Assembly: GCF_009914755.1 (NCBI RefSeq)
Contig: NC_060937.1
Length of the DNA: 64,000 nt
From: the human T2T-CHM13v2.0 reference genome, Homo sapiens
Reading direction: 5' to 3' (one strand)
Positions 1 to 9,903 of this stretch are shown piece by piece. Numbering within the stretch: position 1 is the stretch's first letter; each line of letters opens with the position of its first letter. The notes under the pieces were generated by a model, which worked only from the letters and a program-made list of their open reading frames with translations, searched no databases and was not told the DNA's origin. A program made the translations under genes and the position numbers.

Positions 1-195
1 ACTCCTGTATATTTATTTATCCAAGAAAGATGAAACATGATTTTCACAAATAGCCTATACATGCATGTCTATAGTGGTTTCATTCATAATTGCCAACAAC
101 TGGAAACAAATGTCCTTGAGCTGGTGAATGGGTAACAACTGGGTCATAGCCAAACAATAGAATACCATTCAGCAATGGAAAGCAGCAAAGAAACA
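1..195 (+). mobile_element. Old L1 (L1M-type) ORF2 3' fragment
   Basis: ttcattcataattgccaacaactggaaacaaatgtcc...gaataccattcagcaatggaaa resembles the L1 ORF2 C-terminal region; degenerate. Confidence 0.7.
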
Positions 196-876
196 GAGGG
201 TATGATTGTAAGATACTTTAGTTCATTTAAAAAAGAGAAAGCTAATTAGTTTTTTTCCTTTTAATAACTGGTGACACAATACAGTTAATGATAAACAGAT
301 GAAATATTCTGGTGAGATATGAAATCTCTGCTACCTAGGAAGATTACATAAAAGGTAATTAATAACCTTTATTACTCATTGTTAAGAACTCTGAGCTCAG
401 CTTACAGTTTTAACACGGCAAAACAAAAAAACTAAATTCTGGTTTTGCATTAGTAACATATTTGGTAACAAAGTTGCACAAACATTTTACTTTTTATGAA
501 TAACTGAGTCAACTTTGGCAACATTTAACTCATGTCATTTCTTCTTTTCAGTTTCATTATTTAAAGTTATTATAAATGAAAGCAAATAAACATTTCCTGT
601 CTGTGTACCTTCTGCAACTTCTTTATCCATTCGGTCTTTGTCACCACCCTGCTTTATTCTGGGAACACCAAACCTTATGACAAAAGTACACTTTTCTCTT
701 TTGAAGAACAAAACCCGTCTTAATAGATTGCATACACAACTATATGTCTCTGTCACTACAGCTTCTAATATAGTCTCAACCATCAATAATAATTATAACT
801 TTTACCCAAAATAAGTCACTTATAGTTTACAATGTAAAATTGGTACTTGCATAATTGAGCACTTTCTGTAATATAC

Positions 877-1430
877 TGTTACCAACAAAGCTGGTCCCCA
901 AAAAGTTGGGGGACACCTGTTTGGTGTCACAAAGCCAATACACAAAACCAGAAGTGAGTGTCAAGAAGTGTTGGCTTTATTTGATGGCCATGGAAATGAG
1001 AAGGGAGCCATGGCTCACAAATCAGCATCTCGACTAGTGAGAGGTAAGGGGGTTAGAATGTAGGGTTTCTCTAATGAAGGAGTTGGATGTTAAAGGCAAG
1101 AGAAAGCATATTCATGTCTTTTCTGGAAATGGGTGGTGAACTTCTCAGAACTAGAGTGCTGCCTTCCTTTTTGCCCTTTTATGGCTTCTTCCCGTCATTG
1201 TCATGGCGATTGTCAACTGTGATGACACCGCTGGGGGTGCTACTAAGCATGGAAATGAGATTATCATGAATTCTGAGGTCTTCTTGAAGTTGTTTGGTCA
1301 GCTCTCTTGATTCTAGTGTGTCTCAGCTAGTTTGGTTACAAAGGGAACTTTTTATCACAGGTGTCCTGTTTCTTAAAGATAGGCAGGGTAGAAATTCAAC
1401 TATGTCACATAGGCATGACATCGGGCAACA
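877..1430 (-). mobile_element. ERV1 solo LTR, MER41/MER66-related
   Basis: TGTT...AACA termini; minus strand reads gttgacaatcgccatgacaatgacgggaag and gttctgagaagttcaccacccatttccagaaaagacatgaat, like the MER41-group core; polyA signal (tttatt) near 976; no clean TSD. Confidence 0.7.
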
Positions 1431-2100
1431 AGGCTATCATTTTACAGACTAGCAAAACTTCTGACACTGATTATGCAACCCTCTACACCTACGGATATCA
1501 GGTTTACACCATGTTTAGTAATATGACCCAAAGATAAAGTCACTTTTTAGTGGGCATAAGAAAAAATGTGCTTGAGCTTAAACAGCCCATGAGAAGCACT
1601 TCCTAAGAAATGCGGTTTGCTTAGTTCCATCAGATGAGTCCCATGGGCTTCTTCGTTGAAATTCTAAAACTATTAATGTGTAATTTTAAAATATGCTTTA
1701 AAAAAGACATTTATAAAAATAAGATGATCCAATAGAATATCATGTGAGTGAGAAAAAAAGATAAATATATGTCAAAAATTTATTAAACTCATTAATTAAG
1801 GGCACTAGTAAGATATTATGACCAGTTCAAAAAGTAGTTGAGAAACTAGGTATAAATAGGCAATGATAGGATAAAATTATTGGGTCAGATACAGAACTGA
1901 TTAATGCCCCCAAAAGGCCATATATATAACCTTCAAGGTTATCTCCAGAGAGAAATCGTTTTTATCTCTACCAGAGAAAACTCTACAAGATGAGATGTAA
2001 CTTAGTGCAAGACCTTTAATCAATAAAAAACAGTGAATTGAACTGTGCACATTCCCCTGGCCTTCAGCTTCATGTGACATTAAACGAATGTACCACACAC

Positions 2101-2121
2101 TTTTTTTTTTTTTTTTTTTTT
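2101..2121. repeat. poly(T) tract
   Basis: ~21 consecutive T. Confidence 0.95.
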
Positions 2122-2369
2122 GCTGTATTTCAACATTTTGGACAACACTTATGCACGCTCATACCACCACCTCAGCAGCTATTGAAAATTTACTTTCTTT
2201 GGAACCCTAATGGAATTTCTAAATATGTAAATAGCACAATCAAAAGATGCCTGAACTCCTGAATCACCACAGCTCCTTCCCATACCTTTCCCCATTCCAC
2301 ACCCACACTCAAAAGTCTAGATCTTCCTATCAGCATCAATGTTTCCTCTCTTCCAGGAAAACATGTCCT

Positions 2370-2525
2370 AGTACAGTGATAGCACTGAATTAGATAAGCT
2401 CAAGTCCTAGATTCACTACCAAATAGCCTTATAATCCTTGGCAAATTATTTAATTCTCTAAATTTCAATGAACTTCTTTTCAATATGAACATGATAATCC
2501 CTATCATATAGAGATTGTTAAATAA
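2370..2525 (+). mobile_element. MIR SINE fragment
   Basis: ccttggcaaattatttaattctctaaatttc...gataatccctatcatatagagattgtt resembles the MIR core. Confidence 0.6.
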
Positions 2526-2635
2526 AATTCACATCGGCTGTTCTTTCTGCAGGGAAAGCTTTTCCCCAGTTTTTGCATTGCTGACCTCTCATTACTCTGT
2601 CTTTAGCCAAGTCATTTCTTGGTGAAATTAAATAA

Positions 2636-2787
2636 GTCTTGTCCAGTAGAATTTGCTGAAATGACAAAAACGTTCTATATCTGTGCTGCCTAGTACTGTA
2701 GCCACCAAACTGATTTTTAAATGTTACTGCATTTTAATTTACTTCAGCACCACACGTGGTTAATGGATAACACACTGTACAGTGCGC
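2636..2787 (+). mobile_element. MER3 (hAT-Charlie) non-autonomous DNA transposon
   Basis: gtccagtagaatttgctgaaatgac...gttctatatctgtgctgcctagtactgtagccac and ccacacgtggttaatggataacacactgtacagtgc match MER3 termini. Confidence 0.8.
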
Positions 2788-3398
2788 ATTTTGAAAACAG
2801 GCAGCAACTAAGAAGAACAAGAGAGCATAATGGTTTAAACATCAGGCTATCAAATGAATAATTCATTTCTAAAGTTCAGAGTTAAATAATTGAGGTAGAA
2901 AAAAAACCAGCAATTAGGTCACCTGATATACATAGTTGAATATATAGAGTGTAAGATCACATTCACTTATTGAGTAGAAACTTTAAAAAAATCTGAAGTC
3001 AAGCTCCACAGTTGGGGAGGGAGGGGGCACTCTTGGTTCCTGGGAATTTGGTGAATTCAGTCTTCCAAAACACTTAACTTGTCTATATTTATTATTTCCC
3101 CTCTCTATCTCTTTGTTTCTCTCTCTCTCTCTCTTTCAGTTCCTTTCCCTGACTGCCTTTTAAAAAAATGTTTAGTCCCAAAATAACTTAAATGAATTCT
3201 TTGGACTTTGTTTTGTCATTCTCATTTTGCAACTGCTAAGTATTAAATTGTCTCAGCCAGCTGAGGATGTCTAAGCTGAAGGTTACATACAGTATTATTT
3301 AGCTTGAATGTGTTAACAGTTCAGCTAAAATACTAAATTTACATTAGGGATAATTAACACAAACACAAAAAAGAAGTCACTTAAGTGTATGACAAATA

Positions 3399-3734
<336 letters not shown>

Positions 3735-4436
3735 TTATTTCAAACATTTTGTTTGCTTTCCTCCATAAAACATTCAAATGTGGGATCAAATATTTTAATT
3801 CCTGATTTTTGGTTTGGAAAAATGCAAACCCCTTATCCATAGGTGTGGTGTGGTTATATGTCAATTTACACAGTTAGTAAAGTAGAAGATTTATAATTCA
3901 TTTTATTTTAGACATTTACATACAGAAATAGATTATGAAGACTGGTATTATCAGAATTCAAAAATTTCAGGGAAACACACTTGAACAGTATTTACATCAA
4001 TTTAAGAGCCTTGATAAAAACAGAAAAATTCAGTTGGCTGTCATTTGAGAAAATGTAGCGTCACGTAGATACAGCCTAAAATGTGTTTAGTTAAAGTAGT
4101 GCCACGTTCATTTCTTTACTCACCGTCTACTGATTGGGGGCCACCAGGCATCAGAGACCTGTTACATGTTAGGGATGCTTCAAAGGACAAAATAGTATTT
4201 ATTTCGACTTCCATTTAATACACTTTATTATTTTAAAAAATCACCTGAAATTCATTAGATGAATCATGTTCCTTAGAAACTACCTCTAGAGCCTATTGCA
4301 AACTCTAGCTGTTGAAGCATTTGCTAATTTTAGTTACTCTTTAACTTAACAACTAAATTATAAAGTTACCTAATAATAAGTTACCCGTAACCCTTATGTA
4401 AATTGATAAGGGGAAAGAAGTAGAAAAACTTGGTGT

Positions 4437-4526
4437 ATAGATGACAAGTAGATAGATGATAGATTAGATAGATAGATGATAGGTAGATAGATAGATTGAT
4501 ATAGACATAGAGATAAACGATAGATA
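4437..4526. repeat. Imperfect (GATA)n microsatellite
   Basis: tagatagatgatagattagatagatagatgataggtagatagatag. Confidence 0.9.
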
Positions 4527-5098
4527 TGCACCCATATACTCAGGCACATACATAAAGAGAAAACAAGTAAGAAATTGGTACACACACAAATACGCCTGCA
4601 TCAAGCAAGAAACGATTCATAGTAGGTGCTTCACTCCTAGCCTCTGTAACTGAGTACTTATAACTTCCTTCTTCCTCTACCCATTCCATGTGTCCTCTGC
4701 CCCCTCCTGGCACCTCAGATCGTGGGTTTCTATACCCAGTGCAATGACTGGAGAGTCTGGATCCTCAGAGGCTCTGCCTTGCTTTGCCTGCTGTAGCTTT
4801 CCATGAACTTTTCCTACATGACATGGTAGTTTGAGAGGTGTTCCAGAGAGTCCCTGAATCTTAGACACATTCCTCCTTCTTGCCCACATTGTGTAGCAGC
4901 AACCTGTTTTGTTTTTTTTTTCTACCTCCTCCCCCAACTTTTTTTTTTTTTTTTGAGAGAAGGGAAGAAAATGGTCATTTGTACAAAAGATATTTTCATC
5001 TTATTAGGCAAAAGAATGCAATTGTTTTAATTGTTGCATGGAATTGAAAATATATGTGGAAAGTTAAATATGGATGCTGAGTGTGCAAAATGGTGGAT

Positions 5099-6515
5099 TG
5101 TACTGAGTATTGGGATATTATGCTATTATCCTTGAAACCACCTAAGCAAAATCACAAGAGAAACCTGACATAATTGACTTCATCTTGCTTCTAACCTCCA
5201 CACTTTCCTTGGTCATTCCTAGGCGTAGGCCAAGTAAACTTTGAAAGAAATTTAGTCTGTAGTTTAAATAATAACAGCCCTTCCCCAAAACTAAACCATC
5301 CTTTTAAAACTAATGAGAGGCCACCGGGTTAGGAGGATGAGAGGGAAACTACTGCTGCCATTGTTCCAGAGGTCACAAGATTTGCAACTTCCCCAATTAC
5401 ACCTGTCAAAAACATCACTATTGTAGAACCTAAGATTGGCCATTTGAGATGTCTTTTCAGGCCTTTGCATTTCTGCCTACCAGGTGGCCCCGCTGGGACC
5501 AGCAACTCCTCTGGTGGTTCCTCCTTAGGAGCTCACTCAGCACACAAGGACTGGTTTTCACACCCCTACGATTGCACCCCCAACCAGTCAGCATTCTTCC
5601 TTCCCTAGTCTCCTGCCCATCAAACTATCCTTGAAAAACCTTAGCCTCTGAATTTTCAGTGGGATTGACTTGAGTATTAACTCCACATTCCAGGTAATGT
5701 GGCAGGCCGTGCATCAATTAAACTCTTCCTTTACTGCAATGCCATAGTCTCAGTGAATTGATTTTGTGCAGCAGGCAGGAAGGACCTGATGGGTAATTAC
5801 ATCCTCCTCCTCAAACTACCTCTCTATTCTCTGCTCTGTGATGCTGGGGGTGAACTGCAAACTACACTTGGTTGCCAGCAAGCTTTCTGTCAATTTATGC
5901 TGACAGGGGGTGCTAGGGAGACAGTGGAAGGCAGGAGGCTTAGAAGGGCTTGTTGCTTCCTAGATCTTATTGTCCTACCAAGTTTGTCCCAGTAAGGACC
6001 CTTCCCTTTGGAAGGATTTTTGGATTTTAATAGCAACTGGTTCTATTTCCAGATATCTTCCTTAATGCCATAATTGGCTTCTACGTGATTTTCAGAAATA
6101 TCAGCACCAGCCTAGAGGCACCGCTCTTTCCTCAGAATTCTGGGTCCCAATTCTGTGATCCCTTGTCTGAGAGACTGAGGCTCCAAAAGCTGTTCAGAAG
6201 CACTTCTCCTCAGAGGTCTAGGTCCCAGCTCAGCAAAGCCTTCTCCAAGCTCAAAACGTTCCAGCCCCAGCCAGACAGTATCTCACCTAGGACATCTCAG
6301 ACTCAGTTCATAGGACTCCTCAGCCAGTGCTGTAGGTTCTAATCCCAACCTCACCCCTCTTTTCCCAGCTCTTGGAGTAATGTCTCTGTGGCTCCTCACC
6401 AGTTCCTTTAAGTCTTCTGGTCCTCTCATACCTGTTTAACCAATATCCTGTATTAAATTCTCTCTGGTTGAAAAAAAAAAAAAAACAAAAACCAAAAAAA
6501 ACACCTATTTTGCTT
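5099..6515 (+). mobile_element. ERVL LTR (LTR33-like), split by LTR8
   Basis: ctgcaaactacac...gggagacagtggaaggcaggagg and ccaatatcctgtattaaattctctctggttgaaa resemble LTR33-group; reads through across the LTR8 TSD; boundaries approximate. Confidence 0.55.
5133..5801 (+). mobile_element. LTR8-family solo LTR (ERV1)
   Basis: TGAAACC...GGGTAATTACA termini, catcttgcttctaacctc and cattcctaggcgtaggcc motifs; perfect 4-bp TSD tcct (5129-5132, 5802-5805). Confidence 0.9.
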
Positions 6516-6899
6516 GCTGTGGAAAACAGAAACTTGATTTTGACTCCAAGCTCCAGTATGAAAGCTCATTCGTTAAAGCAATATTTAATCAGAAACACAG
6601 CTCAGTTGTACTGAATTGTCCTTACTGACACTAAAATGCATCATAATTTTTTCCAGTATTCTCTTTGGAAATTAAACTGAGCCCTGTGATATTCCCTATT
6701 CCTTGGGCAATTACGTTAGTAGAAATTATGGGTCAGCAGATGAACTTGTTCTTGGATTGTGGACATCAGATGGATGATTCACTTTTTTTCTTAGAACCAA
6801 ATAGATTTCTAACAATAATGTAAGTTTGATATTATATTGAGTTTTTAAAAAGGAAAAACAGTGAGATGTTACCTCAATTCAGTACCATCCGAATTTACT

Positions 6900-7736
6900 T
6901 TTCTTTTTTTCATCAAATTTTATTTTAAGTTCCAGGGTCTATGTGCAGGATGTGCAGATGTGTTACATAGGTAAATGTGTGCCATGGTGATTTGCTGCAC
7001 AGATCAACTCATCACCTAGGTGTTAAGCCCAGCCTCCATTAGCTATTATTCCTGAGGCTCTGTCTCCCCATGCACCCCCGACAGGCCCCAGTGTGTTGTT
7101 CCCCCCACTCCCGATGTTTCTATGTGTTCTTATCATTCAGCTCCCACTTATAAGTGAGAACATGCAGTGTTTGGTTTTCTGTTCCTGCATTAGTTTGCTG
7201 AAGATAATGGCTTCCAGCATCATCCATGTCCCTGCAAAAGATATGAATCTCATTCCTTTTTATGGCTGCATCGTATTCCATGTTGTATATGTACCACATT
7301 TTCTTTATTCTATCTATCATTGATGGTTATTTGAGTAGATTCCATGTCTTTGCTATTATGGATAGAGCTGCAATGAACATGTGTGCATGTATCTTTATAA
7401 TAGAATGATTTATATTTTGGGGGATATATACTCAGTAATGGGGTTGTTGGGTCAAATGGTATTTCTGCTTCTAAGTCTTTGAGGAATTGTCACACTGTCT
7501 TCCACAATGGTTTAACTAATTTACATTCCCACCAACAGTGTAGAAGTGTTCCTTTTTCTCCACAACCTTGCCAGCATCTGTTGTTTCTTGACTTTTAAAT
7601 AACCACCATTTTGGCTGGCATGAAATGTTATAGCATTGTGGTTTTGATTTGCATTTCTCTAATGATCAGTGATGTTGAGCCTTTTTTCATGTTTGTTGGC
7701 TGCATGAATGTCTTCTTTTGAGAAGTGTCTGTTCAT
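6900..7736 (-). mobile_element. 5'-truncated L1PA (approx. L1PA8-13) 3' end
   Basis: T-rich tail then gtgcaggatgtgcag...cagctcccacttataagtgagaacatgcagtg; ORF 7120-7320(-) [20 protein letters not shown] is the L1 ORF2 C-terminus. Confidence 0.95.
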
Positions 7737-7884
7737 TAGACCTTTACTTCAAAGAATAATGAAAGCTAGGAGTGCTGAACTCAGGGATCTAAAGGAAAAG
7801 GATCATGAGATGACCAAGTTGAGTTTCCTGGAAATGAATGAGTGTGCTCTAAGTTAGTGACTCATTGAAACGAATCTATATTAC

Positions 7885-8421
7885 TGTGAAAGGAAATTAA
7901 ATTTTGGGACCCCAAACTCATTTAGCCAAAGGGAAAAGCCAAGCTGGAAACTGGGTCATGAAAACCTGCCTCCTGCTTTTAGTTCCTAAATAAGATGGCT
8001 ACAAAATGAAAAGCTACACGACTCCCCCATATTTTGCCCACAAGGAAATGCCTATTGAGCTGTTAAAATTTTACCATGGCAATGCAAATTGATAGCTCAT
8101 CTTTACAGGTGCAGTCACCCCTGGCCCACCAGACACAAATGCATATCTGATTATTCCCCTGCCCCATTTTGTCTATGTTATCTTATGTAAAAATGCAGAT
8201 TCACTGAGCCAGACAAAGGCATGAATGACTATTTTCTCTACCCCCATCCCACATAAAACTTGTGTGCTTTTCAATATCCCGTCCTTTCCTGTTTAAATTT
8301 GGAGCCCTCAAAATCATCTTTGGAGAAAGGCATAGACCTGTCTCCCAGGTGCATCCTTTACTTTGTCAAATAAATCTCCTAAAATGATTGAGACTTGTCT
8401 TATCATTTTTCTCCATTGACA
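7885..8421 (+). mobile_element. MER4-family solo LTR (MER4B-like, ERV1)
   Basis: TGTGAAAGGAAATTAAATTTTGGGACCCCAAACTC start, ATTGACA end, aataaa near 8369; perfect TSD ttac (7881-7884, 8422-8425). Confidence 0.9.
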
Positions 8422-8501
8422 TTACTGTACTGGTTGTCCCATCCCTCCAAGTTCTTTATATTCTGAGGAGAATATTTAGACAGCTTTGTATTGATAATAT
8501 T

Positions 8502-9342
8502 TGTTGTGGGAAGTCAGGGACCCCGAACGGAGGGACCGGCTGGAGCCATGGCAGAGGAGCATAAATTGTGAAGATTTTATTTTAATATGGACATTTATCA
8601 GTTCCCAAATAATACTTTTATAATTTCTTACGCCTGTCTTACTTTAATCTCTTAATCCTGTTATCTTCGTAAGATGAGGATTTACGTCACCTGAGGACCA
8701 CTGTGATAATTGTGTTAGCTGTACAAATTAATTGTAAAACATGTGTGTTTGAACAATATGAAATCAGTGTACCTTGAAAAAAAACAGAATAACAGCAATT
8801 TTTAGGGAACAAAGGAAGACAACCATAAGGTCTGACTGCCTGCAGGGTAGGGCAAAAAGAGCCATATTTTTCTTCTTGCACAGAGCATGTCTTCTTAAAC
8901 AGACATGCAAGTAGGAAAGATATCGCTAAATTCTTTTCCTAGCAAGGAATATTAACATTAATACCCTAGGAAAGGAATGCATTCCTGGGGGGAGGTCTAT
9001 GTGCACCGCTGAACATAGACCCTTATCAGTAGTTCTGCTTTTGCCGTTTGTCCTGTTCCCTCAGAAGCATGTGATCTTTGTTCTGTTTTTGCCCTTTGAA
9101 GCCTGTGATCTTTGTATCTACTCTCTGTTATTACACCCCCTCCCCTTTTGAAACACTTAATAAAAAAACTTGCTGGTTTGAGGCTCAGGTGGGTATCACA
9201 GTCCTACTGATATGTGATGTCACCCCCGGCAGCCCAGCTGTAAAATTCCTCTCTTTGTACTCTTTCTCTTTATTTCTCAGCTGGCTGACACTTATGGAAA
9301 ATAGAACCCACGTTGAAATATTGGGGGTGGGTTCCTCTGATA
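8502..9342 (+). mobile_element. MER11 (HML-8/ERVK) solo LTR with internal deletion
   Basis: TGTTGTGGGAAGTCAGGGACCCCGAACGGAGGGACCGGCTG start; perfect 6-bp TSD aatatt (8496-8501, 9343-9348), as expected for betaretrovirus-like ERVs. Confidence 0.93.
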
Positions 9343-9474
9343 AATATTATGTCTACAGCACACAGAGCTTTATTTTTTATCATTCAACTTAATTTCTGAC
9401 TCCACCTTCAGTTGTTCCTGATTCTTACCCCATAGGATTGTGACACATTCCAAATATCTTATGTTAATGCCAAG

Positions 9475-9903
9475 CATCTTAGTCCATTTTGTGTTGCTAT
9501 AGAGGATGACCTGAAGCTGGGTAACTTGTAAAGAAAATGTTTATTTGGCTCACAATTCTGATGTCTGGAGAAGTTCAAGACTGGCCATCTCATGAGGGCC
9601 TGAGGCTGCTTCCACTCATGGTAAAAAGCAAAAAGGAGTTAGTGTGTGTAGAGAAAGAGAGAAAGAGCGAGTGAGAAAAAGTGGGGGAGGAACAACAGAG
9701 ATGCCAGGCTTTTCATAACAAGAAGCTCTCTCTTGAGAACTCACAGAGTGAGAACTAACTCACCTCACCCTTGGGAGGGCATTAATGTATTCCTGAAAGA
9801 TCCACCCCTAGGACCCAAACACCTCCCATAAGGCACCACCTTCAACAACGAGGATCAAATTTCAACATGAGGTTTGCAGGGGACAAACATCCAAACTCTA
9901 GCA
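9475..9903 (-). mobile_element. MSTB-type MaLR LTR
   Basis: tcttagtccattttgtgttgctat...caaatttcaacatgaggtttgcaggggacaaacatccaaactctagca; 5-bp TSD ccaag/ccaaa. Confidence 0.88.

Noticed and set aside
351-370. Near-palindrome aaaggtaattaataaccttt
   Set aside because: Short, AT-rich, one mismatch; compatible with chance
200-2000. Possible ERV1 internal sequence flanking the 877-1430 LTR
   Set aside because: Composition is suggestive but no PBS, PPT or coding motif could be recognised
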